This document shows, piece after piece, positions 23,981-33,994 of a DNA stretch of 64,000 nt. Position numbers and translations under genes: made by a program. Numbering within the stretch: position 1 is the first letter of the stretch; each line of letters opens with the position of its first letter. Where the stretch lies: assembly GCA_977020255.1 (NCBI GenBank), contig CDROCS010000506.1:3348001-3412000 (forward strand). Direction: 5' to 3'. The stretch is from Obrimoposthia wandeli (Eukaryota). Below the pieces are notes generated by a model, which saw nothing but the letters and a program-made list of their open reading frames with translations, had not been told where the DNA came from and made no database searches.

Positions 23981-24772
23981 TTAGTCGCTGGAAATACCTA
24001 AACCGTTACGCAGCGCAAACTGGATCAGTTCAGCCGGTTTATCCAGTTCTAAAATATCTAACATACGATATTTATGCGATTCGATCGTGCGGGGGCTTAA
24101 GAACAACTTTTCTGCACATTGCTTGGCACTGTCACCTTGTGCTAGTAATGTCAGAACTGCACACTGCTTTTTACTCAACAGTAGTAATTTTTCATTTTCA
24201 TTTATATCTTGCTGTAAATTACGGGCAAGCGTTGAATGCTGCCAATAACATAACCACATTTCACACAAGAGCTTCAGGCGTTTCAAATCCTCATTACCTA
24301 ACGGCTGATCATTATCGCCAAATCGAGTGAAAGACAGTGCTCCCCATTGTTGACCAAACAATTGCAATGGAATAATACAATGCCAGCGCCCGCCTTGATC
24401 ATACAGCTTATTTAACACCGAACATTTATCTTTCTGCAATTCCTGTGCTGTAAAGCTGATCCAATCATGCTTAGTTTTTAATAACTTAAAGTAGTCCTGA
24501 TAATTGCCATCAATAAAATGCTGCTTAATTAATGGCGGGATACCTGCTTTTTCGACCGACTCGGTTTTACCATCATTAAGTAAGATCATCGAGTTAGGAA
24601 ACAGCGTAAGCCTATCAATATTAAACCAATCCAATGCATCCAATGATATTTCTTGCCAGAGTTGATTAAAATCTTTTGGCTTACTAGAAATCATCATCGC
24701 AGATTGATTCATCAGGAGTTGTTCAAAGTCATTATGAGTAGATGCTGGCATTCTTAGTTCCATGTTTAACAC
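23981..24772 (-). CDS. LuxR-type HTH regulator with GAF-like N-terminal domain
   Basis: C-terminal 'LSKKQCAVLTLLAQG.SAKQCAEKLFLSPRTIESHK'; no receiver DD motif; divergent from the sulfatase. Confidence 0.85.
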   Translation of the reverse strand: MLNMELRMPASTHNDFEQLLMNQSAMMISSKPKDFNQLWQEISLDALDWFNIDRLTLFPNSMILLNDGKTESVEKAGIPPLIKQHFIDGNYQDYFKLLKTKHDWISFTAQELQKDKCSVLNKLYDQGGRWHCIIPLQLFGQQWGALSFTRFGDNDQPLGNEDLKRLKLLCEMWLCYWQHSTLARNLQQDINENEKLLLLSKKQCAVLTLLAQGDSAKQCAEKLFLSPRTIESHKYRMLDILELDKPAELIQFALRNGLGISSD

Positions 24773-24883
24773 GCAAGCGCGAATGTAGAGGTTCTGGGAT
24801 AAAAGTACTAGCGTAAAAATACTGCAAAATAGACTTTGTGAGCTTGGATTAGGATTTCAGTGATGTAAATCAATTCACTATTT

Positions 24884-24912
24884 TATTCAGTAAATTTACT
24901 GCTTACTGAATA
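24884..24912. promoter_or_regulatory. Palindromic operator candidate upstream of sulfatase
   Basis: Perfect CAGTAAATTTACTG, overlapped by TATTCAGTAA...TTACTGAATA. Confidence 0.5.
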
Positions 24913-24982
24913 CCTTAGCATATGGAGAATAGCCGGTGATGATTTTATTCACAAATTAGTAAAACAATCACAGGACATTATT

Positions 24983-26563
24983 ATGTTTAAAAATAAGACG
25001 TTTTTGCAATTGTCGATAGGTGCTGTTCTTGCCTCGACTGCAACAGCAAGTTTTGCGACCACCGATGAAAGCCGTCCTAATATCTTAGCCATTTGGGGCG
25101 ATGATATTGGTATTGATAACATCAGTGCTTATACGCATGGACAAGCAGGTCATTTTACACCAAACATTGACCGTATCGCCAATGAAGGCGTGTTATTTAC
25201 CGATTACTATGGCGAGCAATCTTGTACTGCTGGTCGTGCTGCATTTATTACCGGTCAACATCCAATCCGTACTGGTCTTACTAAAGTAGGTATGCCGGGT
25301 TCTACCCAAGGTATGCGTCAAGAAGATCCAACGATTGCTGGTATGTTGAAAGACAAAGGTTATATGACTGGTCAGTTCGGTAAAAACCATTTAGGTGACC
25401 GCCCTGAACAGCTACCAACGGCTAATGGCTTTGACGAATTCTTTGGTAACTTATACCACCTTAATGCTGAAGAAGAGCCGGAACACGCAGATTACCCTAA
25501 AGGCGCTGGCTTTAAGAAACGTTTTGGCCCACGTGGTGTAATTCATTCTTATGCTGACGGCCGTACTGAAGATACTGGTGCGTTAACCAAGAAACGTATG
25601 GAAACAGTTGATGAAGAGTTCCTTGCTTCAGCACTTGATTTCATTGACCGTGCACACGAAGAAAAGAAACCTTTCTTTGTTTGGTTTAATGCCACGCGTA
25701 TGCACGTTTGGACGCATCTAAAAGAAGATAGCAAAGGTCTATCTAAGCGTGGCGGTTTATACGGCGACGGCATGGTAGAGCACGACAACATGGTTGGTGT
25801 GTTACTGGACAAATTAGATGATCTGAAAATCGCTGATAATACAGTTGTATTGTATACCACTGATAACGGCGCAGAAAAATGGTCTTGGCCAGATGGTGGT
25901 ACTTCACGCTTTAAAGGCGAGAAAAATACAACATGGGAAGGCGGTTTCCGTGTTCCAGCAATGGTACGTTGGCCAGCTAAGATCCCTGCGGGTCAAGTGG
26001 TTAATGAAATTGCAGCGCACAATGATTGGGCGACAACATTCCTTGCAGCAGCAGGCGAACCAACAATCGCAGCGGACCTGAAAAAAGGCACTAAGCTAAA
26101 TGGCAAAAAATATAAAGTACATTTAGATGGTTACAACTTATTACCAAAACTTATCGAAGGTAAGTCTACAACAGCTGATGATAATAAAGATTGGCCACGT
26201 AAAGCTTATGTTTATGGCACTGATAGTGGTGATGTTGCTGGTGTGCGTGTAGGTGATTGGAAGATCCTTTACTCGTACCAAGAGTGTCACGGTATTGAAG
26301 CGTGGCGTTGTCCGATGACTGAAGGTCGTTTGCCGTACATCTTCAACTTACGTCAAGACCCGTATGAATCAGCGTTTGATACTGCTGGTGCATATGAAAC
26401 TTGGATGGTTGAACATCTACCGTACATGTATATGGGCGCTGGTTATACTTTCCAGTGGTTAAATACCTTTAATGAATTCCCACCACGTCAAGTACCTGGT
26501 TCATTCTCAATCGATAAGATTGTAGAGAAAATGCAAATTTGGGAACGTGCGCAATACCAATAA
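24983..26563 (+). CDS. Arylsulfatase (Cys-type, exported)
   Basis: 'PNILAIWGDD', FGly motif SCTAGRA, 'GKNHLG', 'TDNG', signal peptide. Confidence 0.95.
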   Translation: MFKNKTFLQLSIGAVLASTATASFATTDESRPNILAIWGDDIGIDNISAYTHGQAGHFTPNIDRIANEGVLFTDYYGEQSCTAGRAAFITGQHPIRTGLTKVGMPGSTQGMRQEDPTIAGMLKDKGYMTGQFGKNHLGDRPEQLPTANGFDEFFGNLYHLNAEEEPEHADYPKGAGFKKRFGPRGVIHSYADGRTEDTGALTKKRMETVDEEFLASALDFIDRAHEEKKPFFVWFNATRMHVWTHLKEDSKGLSKRGGLYGDGMVEHDNMVGVLLDKLDDLKIADNTVVLYTTDNGAEKWSWPDGGTSRFKGEKNTTWEGGFRVPAMVRWPAKIPAGQVVNEIAAHNDWATTFLAAAGEPTIAADLKKGTKLNGKKYKVHLDGYNLLPKLIEGKSTTADDNKDWPRKAYVYGTDSGDVAGVRVGDWKILYSYQECHGIEAWRCPMTEGRLPYIFNLRQDPYESAFDTAGAYETWMVEHLPYMYMGAGYTFQWLNTFNEFPPRQVPGSFSIDKIVEKMQIWERAQYQ

Positions 26564-26676
26564 TCATGACTAATTGATTATGCACAAGTAACGAGCTGCT
26601 TAGGTAGCTCGTTACTACAAACTAAGGAGAGTTTGCTACTACCTACACCACAGCATCGATAATTAAGTGAGATAAC

Positions 26677-28008
26677 ATGACTAACAATCTACAAACCATG
26701 ACAGATAAGCTAACAGCTAAAAAAGACGTGAACATGTACAACCCGCATCAGCCGACTAAGCGCATGAACATCATGACTAAGCCAACAGGTTCAACGTGTA
26801 ACATTGATTGCCAATATTGCTATTACCTCAGTAAAGAAGAACTGCTGGGTGATAAAGATGGCTGTAAACCCGTCATGAAAGACGAGATGTTAGAAGATTA
26901 TATTCGCACTTATATCGAGCAACAAAACCATTCAGAAATTGTTTTCCATTGGCAAGGTGGCGAACCGACATTACTGGGTGTTAACTATTTTAGAGACGTC
27001 GTGCGCTTGCAAAAAAAATACGCACCAAAGAATGTAACTATCGAAAACAACATGCAAACCAACGGCATTTTACTCAATGACGAATGGGGCAAGTTCTTAG
27101 CAAAGAATAACTTCATGGTCGGTATTAGCATTGATGGACCAGAAATGCTCCACAATACCTACCGTGTAAACAGAGCAGGGCGAGGCACGTTTAAGCAAAC
27201 GTTTGCCGGCATTAAGATCCTGCACAAATACAACATCAATTTTGCCACGCTAACGTGTGTTAACAACTTAACCGGTGATAACGCATTAGAGATATATCGT
27301 TTTTTACGCGATGAAGTTAAATCTAAACAAATGCAATTTATTCCGATTGTAGAACCAAAAAGCTTTAAAACGACCGCACCACAACATTGGAAGAATGAAG
27401 AAGTCATATTCCAAGGCATGCCTGAAATAGATCCAAGTCACCCAAACTCTGTCGTTGAAAGCTGGTGTGTATCACCGTCGCAATGGGGCAAGTTCCTGTG
27501 TACGGTATTTGATGAATGGTTAGACAACGATATTGGCCAAATCAATGTGCCGTATTTTGAAGCCAGTATCGAAGCGTGGATGGGACGTGTAAACCCATTA
27601 TGCACCCTTGCTCCTATGTGTGGCAAAGGTCTGGCTATCGAAGCCAATGGCGACGTATTCTCGTGCGATCACTACGTTTACCCTGAATATAAGCTCGGTA
27701 ACATCAAAGATAAAGCGCTAGAAGATATGCAATTTTCAGCAGGACAAGAAAAGTTTGGTCGTGCTAAAGAAGCGACGTTACCAAATCAATGTCGAAAATG
27801 TGAATATCAGTTTGCGTGTTATGGCGAATGTCCTAAAAACCGTTTCATCAAAACAATTGATGGTGAATCAGGTTTAAATTACCTGTGTGGTGGTTGGAAG
27901 CAATTCTTCAGTCATATCGACCAATACATCATGATGATCGTAGTGAGCATGGGTTATAACGTGCATAAAAAGATTAACGCCGACGCCATGAAAATTAAAT
28001 TTAAATAA
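26677..28008 (+). CDS. Anaerobic sulfatase maturase (radical SAM, anSME)
   Basis: CNIDCQYC, 'WQGGEPTL', 'QTNG', 'GISIDG', SPASM cysteines; start uncertain. Confidence 0.95.
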   Translation: MTNNLQTMTDKLTAKKDVNMYNPHQPTKRMNIMTKPTGSTCNIDCQYCYYLSKEELLGDKDGCKPVMKDEMLEDYIRTYIEQQNHSEIVFHWQGGEPTLLGVNYFRDVVRLQKKYAPKNVTIENNMQTNGILLNDEWGKFLAKNNFMVGISIDGPEMLHNTYRVNRAGRGTFKQTFAGIKILHKYNINFATLTCVNNLTGDNALEIYRFLRDEVKSKQMQFIPIVEPKSFKTTAPQHWKNEEVIFQGMPEIDPSHPNSVVESWCVSPSQWGKFLCTVFDEWLDNDIGQINVPYFEASIEAWMGRVNPLCTLAPMCGKGLAIEANGDVFSCDHYVYPEYKLGNIKDKALEDMQFSAGQEKFGRAKEATLPNQCRKCEYQFACYGECPKNRFIKTIDGESGLNYLCGGWKQFFSHIDQYIMMIVVSMGYNVHKKINADAMKIKFK

Positions 28009-28019
28009 AGGTACACGCA

Positions 28020-28682
28020 ATGAAAAAAATACTCATTACAGCGCTATTCAGTGTCGCGAGCCTATCCTTGGTTGGCTGCTCAAGTGTGGCTTCATTATTT
28101 CAAGAACGTGAGCATATTACTGACCAAGCAAGTACTGTTCAAACAGCGGCGATAACAGCAGAAGTGGTTAGCATTAAGGAAGAATCGAGCTACTTCCCTA
28201 ATGACATAGTACAGCCGTTAATCGATCGGTCATTTGCGACGATGGCGCTAGAATATAAAATGTACGCAACGTATTTCAATATATGTCAAAAAGCACCAGA
28301 TGACGCAGTATGTGAAGAACCGTATAAAACAGCAATGACACGCTACAAACAAGCTAAAGCAAATCATGACGTATTAAGCCTGTTGTGGACTTCTGATTTG
28401 CAAGACATTGAGATCCCGCCAGCAGCAATGAATGAGCTAGGTGAATTATTGGTTAAACTTGGTTATTTGTCTCTTGATGAAGCCCAAGAAGGTAACGAAT
28501 CCCAAGAACGTAGCAAAGGGCTGGAAAGTAATCAAAGCGGTGAATTTACTGTAGCGCAAATAAGCCAAGCTGCTTATGCTTGGATGCAAGATAAGGGCTT
28601 GCCAAAGACAGACACTATCTTGTTATTACATGAAGTATTAGTGAAGTCTGACGTGCTTAAATTAAGTAGCAAGGAACATTAA
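28020..28682 (+). CDS. Hypothetical lipoprotein
   Basis: Lipobox LVGC; C-terminal segment resembles a peptidoglycan-binding helix bundle. Confidence 0.65.
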   Translation: MKKILITALFSVASLSLVGCSSVASLFQEREHITDQASTVQTAAITAEVVSIKEESSYFPNDIVQPLIDRSFATMALEYKMYATYFNICQKAPDDAVCEEPYKTAMTRYKQAKANHDVLSLLWTSDLQDIEIPPAAMNELGELLVKLGYLSLDEAQEGNESQERSKGLESNQSGEFTVAQISQAAYAWMQDKGLPKTDTILLLHEVLVKSDVLKLSSKEH

Positions 28683-28687
28683 AAATA

Positions 28688-29710
28688 ATGAAATATGCTT
28701 TTCATCAAATAACTAAAATGTCAGCTCGGGCCATCATGGCTGTAATGCAATTGGTTGCTAGCTTATGTATTGTATTATTACCAATGCATGTCAGCGCGAC
28801 TGAATTTGACAGCGTAACCTTGTCTGAAATTTCACAAAATAAAGACGCGCCAATCCAGCAGCGTGTTGCTGCGACAATGGAATTAGGTAATATCAGCGAT
28901 CAAAATTCGATCATTGCCATTGGCCGAGCAACGCGCGATGACGCGATTGCATTAAGACGAGCGGCTATTTTTGCGGTCGAACATTGGCAGCATTCAGCGC
29001 GTTGGGACATTATATCGCCACTATTGAATGATGCTGTAGAAAGCGTGCGATTTGAAGCTGCATTAGCCGTTGTTACTTTATGGCCTCTTTTGAATGAGGG
29101 CCAGCGACAAGTGCTCGGTGAACAAATTGAAGCATATATGTTGGCACTGCCAAATGATGATGCGGCATTGGTACAGCGCGCCTATTTATATCGTGTTCGT
29201 GGTGATTACGAACAAGCTGAGATAGTGTTTACAGTGTTATTGAATCGCAATATGGATCATGATGATAACCGTATTTATTTAGAATATGTAGAGTTATTAA
29301 AAGCCACCGACAGAAACCCGCAAGCAATCACCTTACTTGAAGAGGTAGTGCAAACCCAGAATACTCAACAAGGTGTTGCCAGTAGTGAATTGTATTTTAG
29401 CTTAGGTTTAGCGCACTATCGTGAAAAGAACAGCAGTGCAGCAATCGAAAATATTAAACTTGCTCATGAATTAAATAGCCAGGATGCACAAGTCAGTTAT
29501 ACCTTGGCCTTATTGATTAAAGCACAAGAGCCTATGGCGGCTATTGAACTGTTGTCACAGGCTTATCAAGTAAATCCGCAACCTACATATTTGTACAGTT
29601 TGTGCGAGTTACAATTACAGCAAGGTATTGATGCGAATAGGTGTTTAAGTGATTTACGTTTGTTAATTCCAGCACAGATCGTTGATGATTTAGTCCTGTC
29701 AGTTAAGTAG
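28688..29710 (+). CDS. HEAT-repeat plus TPR protein, exported
   Basis: 'PLLND.VESVRFEAALA' HEAT-like; 'LYFSLGLAHYR', 'YTLALL' TPR-like. Confidence 0.75.
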   Translation: MKYAFHQITKMSARAIMAVMQLVASLCIVLLPMHVSATEFDSVTLSEISQNKDAPIQQRVAATMELGNISDQNSIIAIGRATRDDAIALRRAAIFAVEHWQHSARWDIISPLLNDAVESVRFEAALAVVTLWPLLNEGQRQVLGEQIEAYMLALPNDDAALVQRAYLYRVRGDYEQAEIVFTVLLNRNMDHDDNRIYLEYVELLKATDRNPQAITLLEEVVQTQNTQQGVASSELYFSLGLAHYREKNSSAAIENIKLAHELNSQDAQVSYTLALLIKAQEPMAAIELLSQAYQVNPQPTYLYSLCELQLQQGIDANRCLSDLRLLIPAQIVDDLVLSVK

Positions 29711-29752
29711 TTATCCTGTCGGTTAAGTTATTATCTTGTCAGTGAATAGTTA
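29694..29752. repeat. Degenerate 20-bp tandem repeat x3 spanning a stop codon
   Basis: TCCTGTCAGTTAAGTAGTTA / TCCTGTCGGTTAAGTTATTA / TCTTGTCAGTGAATAGTTA. Confidence 0.75.
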
Positions 29753-29834
29753 CCCTCGATTGTCCTATTCATCTTATGTTCAGTGTTGATATGTATAATA
29801 ATATTCATTTAAACTGTACTCCCCGAGAATAGTA

Positions 29835-31085
29835 ATGAACCTTGTTATGAAAAAATATAAATTACGCTTAAGTTTGATGATCACCGCGTTTATCCTAATC
29901 TATGGTGCAGCGCTGATAGGGTTTGAAAATACACCTGAGGATCCTCATTATTTGACGGCTGACACGCTGCCTGCATTTCAACAAGCGGATTTTGATCTTT
30001 ATTTACAAGAAACAGAGGATTGGTTGCGTGCTAACCGAGTGTTTGATTCGGCAGATGAAGATAAAGAAATTAAAGCCAACCTACCTTACGAGATAAAACC
30101 AGAAAACCCCAATGGCCAAGGAGTATTATTAGTACATGGACTTGGAGACTCCCCTTTTTCATTTATTGATATAGCAGAGCATCTCGCGCAGCAGGGTTAT
30201 TTGGTTCGCACTGTATTGTTGCCCGGTCATGGCAGTAAAGTGGGTGATTTGATATTACCTACGCTCGCTGATTGGCAAGGGGTTGTTGCGCATCATACGC
30301 AATTACTCAAGCAAGACGTTGATCAAGTTTGGCTTGGCGGCTTCTCTACGGGGGCTAATCTAGTGACATCACAAGCGATTAACGATGATGAGATCGCGGG
30401 GTTATTATTATTTGCGCCCGCATTTAAATCGGGTACTTTTGCCGCTGCTTTAGCGCCTGCGGTAAGTCACTTTATGACTTGGGCTGATCGCGATCCTGAA
30501 GATAACTATACGCGATACAATTCATTACCGATGAATGCTGCCGCTGTTTATTATCAAACGTCAGAAATTGTGCGTGATGATCTAGAAGAAGCTGGTTATG
30601 ACAAACCGGTATTTATGATGATGAGTGAAGGCGAACATGTGATTGATAAGGGTTATGCGCAGAGCGTGTTTAGTGAAATGATGACCAATAGCAGTAACAA
30701 GTTAGTGTGGAAAGGGGAAGTACAGCCCGATGATACCCGCGCAGTTCGTTTTAGTATGGATTTACCACAGCAGAGAATATCGAATGGTTCGCATGTAGGT
30801 TTGTTATTTTCGCCGCTAAACCCTGTTTATGGTCCTAATGGGGAAATTACAATGTGTGATAATGGTCAAGACGAAGCTGACGAAGCTAAATGCAAAGCGG
30901 GTGAAGAGGTATGGTATGCGGCTTATGGTTATCAAGAGCCAGGTAAGATCTATGCAAGACTCAGCTGGAATCCTTATTTTGCAGAGAGTATGAGTGTGCT
31001 TGATGAGGTGATGCAACAAAGTACCCAGAAATCATCAGAGACATTAGCGGATCTTTTTGTTGAACCGACTACTTTAAGTATGTAA
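29835..31085 (+). CDS. Alpha/beta hydrolase (esterase/lipase-like)
   Basis: 'VLLVHGLGDSP', 'LPGHG', nucleophile elbow GFSTG. Confidence 0.85.
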   Translation: MNLVMKKYKLRLSLMITAFILIYGAALIGFENTPEDPHYLTADTLPAFQQADFDLYLQETEDWLRANRVFDSADEDKEIKANLPYEIKPENPNGQGVLLVHGLGDSPFSFIDIAEHLAQQGYLVRTVLLPGHGSKVGDLILPTLADWQGVVAHHTQLLKQDVDQVWLGGFSTGANLVTSQAINDDEIAGLLLFAPAFKSGTFAAALAPAVSHFMTWADRDPEDNYTRYNSLPMNAAAVYYQTSEIVRDDLEEAGYDKPVFMMMSEGEHVIDKGYAQSVFSEMMTNSSNKLVWKGEVQPDDTRAVRFSMDLPQQRISNGSHVGLLFSPLNPVYGPNGEITMCDNGQDEADEAKCKAGEEVWYAAYGYQEPGKIYARLSWNPYFAESMSVLDEVMQQSTQKSSETLADLFVEPTTLSM

Positions 31086-31106
31086 TTAATTTAAGTATGT
31101 AATTAA
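31073..31106. repeat. Exact 17-bp tandem duplication spanning a stop codon
   Basis: TTTAAGTATGTAATTAA x2. Confidence 0.9.
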
Positions 31107-31249
31107 ATTGAAAACCTATGGTTCGTCGGATAAATTCTTATTGTTTTCGCTCTATAGTTGATTTTATTTAACAAATCGTTATCTTATACAAAAATCATAA
31201 AATATGATTAACCGTTTTATTTTGCAGTATTAGGTAGCAGAAATTAATT

Positions 31250-31804
31250 ATGTATAAGAATAAGGGATTTACGCTTATAGAATTGGTTATCGTGATCATC
31301 GTACTTGGTATTCTTGCCGCGGTTGCGATACCTCGATTTATCAATATTCAGCAGGATGCTCGAATAGCCGCGATTAAAGGTATTGCGGGTAATTTCAGTT
31401 TTGTCGTCGACCAAGTCAATTATGCCGCGATCATGCAAGGTCTTGATGACCAAACAGGAGTTAAAGTTGATGTCGGTGGTGTTGCTATCAATACTTATTA
31501 TGGTAAACCACAAGAAATTTGGGATGCAAGATTAGCAGAGCTGATGAATAATAATATGCATTATCTAGGTAATGGCTATCATAATTCAGCGGTGTTAGAT
31601 GAGGTATGCTCACAAGCGTCGGTATGTGTTGTGGATCAAACCCCTGCGGGTAGTGTCACAGGTGGTTATACTCAAGGCTGGGGCATGCTTTTTGTACCTC
31701 AAGGTAAGTCAGTCAGAGATCAGTGTTATGCATTTTATGCATTTAAGGTTGCTGGTGGCGCTATCGCATACAGTGAAGTATCAACTGTTGAAGATGGCTG
31801 TTAA
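31250..31804 (+). CDS. Type IV pilin (MshA-like), orphan
   Basis: Prepilin motif [26 protein letters not shown]; C-terminal cysteines. Confidence 0.88.
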   Translation: MYKNKGFTLIELVIVIIVLGILAAVAIPRFINIQQDARIAAIKGIAGNFSFVVDQVNYAAIMQGLDDQTGVKVDVGGVAINTYYGKPQEIWDARLAELMNNNMHYLGNGYHNSAVLDEVCSQASVCVVDQTPAGSVTGGYTQGWGMLFVPQGKSVRDQCYAFYAFKVAGGAIAYSEVSTVEDGC

Positions 31805-31830
31805 TAGTCCTTCTTTAATTATAGAAACAA

Positions 31831-31863
31831 AAAGGGGAGAAACAGTTGCTGTTTCTCCCCTTT
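31831..31863. terminator. Bidirectional intrinsic terminator
   Basis: AAAGGGGAGAAACAG-TTG-CTGTTTCTCCCCTTT perfect 15-bp stem. Confidence 0.9.
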
Positions 31864-31895
31864 GGTTTATTTTCTGCTAGCTAATGGCTATTTAC

Positions 31896-32459
31896 TTAAA
31901 AGTGAATGCCGTTCTCTAGTGAACTGATACGTGCTAATGACAGCGTATCAATGCCTTTATCTGCTAGCATTTTCGCGCCAGCTTGGAATGACTTCTCAAA
32001 CAAGATACCCACGCCAACTAATGTTGCGCTAGTCTGTGCCAGAATTTCTAACGTACCTTCAACTGCATTACCGTGTGCTAATACATCATCAATAAATAAT
32101 ACGCGGTCATTGTCATTAATGTGTTCAACGTTACAGTTCAATTCGTATGACGAGTTTTTAGTAAAGCTAAATACATTAGTTGTTAATACGTTTTCAGGAT
32201 CTAACATGCTACGTTTTTTCTTCATGACGACTAATGGTACATTCAGTTTTAACGCCACTAACGTCGAAATAGCAATGCCGCCACTTTCGATAGTAAGGAT
32301 ACGGTCAATTTTAGCGTCTTGAAAGTGGATCGCTAATTGCGATGCACACCAGTCTAAAATTTGAATATCAATTTGCTTAGTCAAAAAGCTACTTGCGTCT
32401 AGGGCTACGTTGTTAACTGATTTACCGTGCTCTAAAATCGCTTTTTCTAATAAGTTCAT
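31896..32459 (-). CDS. xpt: Xanthine phosphoribosyltransferase-like (Bacillus Xpt type)
   Basis: 'LTIESGGI', 'FSFTK', PRPP motif 'LFIDDVLAHG', 'EKSFQ.G', 'SLARI.SLE.G'. Confidence 0.88.
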   Translation of the reverse strand: MNLLEKAILEHGKSVNNVALDASSFLTKQIDIQILDWCASQLAIHFQDAKIDRILTIESGGIAISTLVALKLNVPLVVMKKKRSMLDPENVLTTNVFSFTKNSSYELNCNVEHINDNDRVLFIDDVLAHGNAVEGTLEILAQTSATLVGVGILFEKSFQAGAKMLADKGIDTLSLARISSLENGIHF

Positions 32460-32474
32460 GTGTTCGTCCCTAAA

Positions 32475-33800
32475 TTATGAAAGTGCTAAATAAACAATAA
32501 ATAGTAGTGCTAGTGAGTAAATAATCGGATGTACTTTTTTGCCATCACCTTGCACTAACATTACGAAACAGTAGCTGATGAAACCCATTGCCATACCGTT
32601 GGCTGGCGAGAAGGTTAACAAGCTAAATACCATGATAAAGAATACTGGAATTGCAGATTCTTTTTTGTCCCAGTTAATCATCGCTAAGTTCTTAATCATG
32701 TAGATACCGATTACAACTAGTGCAGGTGCAACAATCGCCGTGGTAAAGATTGAGAACACAGGGAACAAGAACATAGAGATTAAGAACAGCGCCGCAACCG
32801 TGATTGCACTGATACCTGTTTTTGCACCCAATGATGAGGCAACCGCAGATTCAGAATAAGCTGTAATTGATGTAGTTCCTAATACCGTACCTATGATAGT
32901 ACCACCTGAATCGGCAATTAATGCAGATTTAGCGTTTGGCACTTTACCGTCTTTACCGATAATACCGGCATCACGTCCGACACCAACAATAGTACTTAGG
33001 CCATCGAAGAAATCGACAATAAAGAAGATAATAACCAAGAAGATTAAGTCACTCATTTTTGGCATTGTCAGTTGCGACAAGTCAAAGATAGCACCAAAGG
33101 TAGGCGCTAAGCTTGGCGGCATAGAGAATACTTCAGTTGGAATGGTTATCAAGTTACTACCAAGGAAGTGGTCGCTCAAAAGACTTAAAATAATAGATGA
33201 GATAAACGAAATAACAGTCGCTAGTTTCATATCGCGAACTAAACAACCAATAGCAATAAAGATACTGACCAGTGCAATGAACACTTTCGGGTCGTACACA
33301 TCGCCCATGCTCACCAGAATAAACGGGTTGCTAACGATGATACCGGCATTTTTAAGGCCTAAAAATGAAACGAACAAGCCCAGACCAACAGCAATACCGA
33401 GTTTTAAATCTTCAGGTATGGCTTCAATCATCACCTTACGAGCAGGTGTTAAGCTTAAAATTAAATACAGACAACCAGAAAGGAAAATAGCAAATAGTGC
33501 TTCATGCCAAAGTAACGAGATACCGCCGCCTAATAAGATAGCCTTAAAAAAGCCATTCATCGACATGCCGGGGGCTAACATAATAGGGTATTTAGAAAAC
33601 GCACCCATAATGAATGTAGCAATCGCTGCAGACAGTGCGGTAGCTGTAAATACTGAGCCTTTGTCTATCCCTTCGATGCTTCCTAAAATTGCCGGATTCA
33701 CTGCTAAGATATAACTCATCGCTAAAAAGGTAATTAAACCCGCGTAGATTTCATTTTTTAGAGTTGCGCCACGCGCAGACAGGAGGAAGTACTTGTCCAT
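32475..33800 (-). CDS. NCS2 purine permease (AzgA/PbuG type)
   Basis: 'EIYAGLITFLAMSYILAVNPAIL', 'LAPGMSMN.FF', 'GTTSITAYSES'; ATG 33800 with GGATG upstream. Confidence 0.92.
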   Translation of the reverse strand: MDKYFLLSARGATLKNEIYAGLITFLAMSYILAVNPAILGSIEGIDKGSVFTATALSAAIATFIMGAFSKYPIMLAPGMSMNGFFKAILLGGGISLLWHEALFAIFLSGCLYLILSLTPARKVMIEAIPEDLKLGIAVGLGLFVSFLGLKNAGIIVSNPFILVSMGDVYDPKVFIALVSIFIAIGCLVRDMKLATVISFISSIILSLLSDHFLGSNLITIPTEVFSMPPSLAPTFGAIFDLSQLTMPKMSDLIFLVIIFFIVDFFDGLSTIVGVGRDAGIIGKDGKVPNAKSALIADSGGTIIGTVLGTTSITAYSESAVASSLGAKTGISAITVAALFLISMFLFPVFSIFTTAIVAPALVVIGIYMIKNLAMINWDKKESAIPVFFIMVFSLLTFSPANGMAMGFISYCFVMLVQGDGKKVHPIIYSLALLFIVYLALS

Positions 33801-33907
33801 TAATAAACATCCATTACTATTAAGTTGGTTGATTTTAAATGACAATATTCCGAAGTATAACCTTGGGTAGGGGAACTATACCTAAAAAAGGTACAATTAT
33901 CCTGCTT

Positions 33908-33976
33908 CATTGTAGGTCTGAAATTTACGGTTTCAGAGTAGAGACTTAAGGCCCATATTGCCAAAATTATACAACG
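33908..33976 (-). ncRNA. Purine riboswitch, guanine type (C74) with atypical features
   Basis: CGUUGUA-UAA-UUUUGGC-AAUAUGG-GCCUUAA-GUCUCUAC-UCUGAAA-CCGUAAA-UUUCAGA-CC-UACAAUG; L2 GG and L3 CC kissing bases present; upstream of permease-xpt. Confidence 0.88.
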
Positions 33977-33994
33977 TCACATTGCTTGCGGGGC

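Noticed and set aside
32893-33714. 273-aa plus-strand ORF
   Set aside because: Antisense shadow of the NCS2 permease; no motif.
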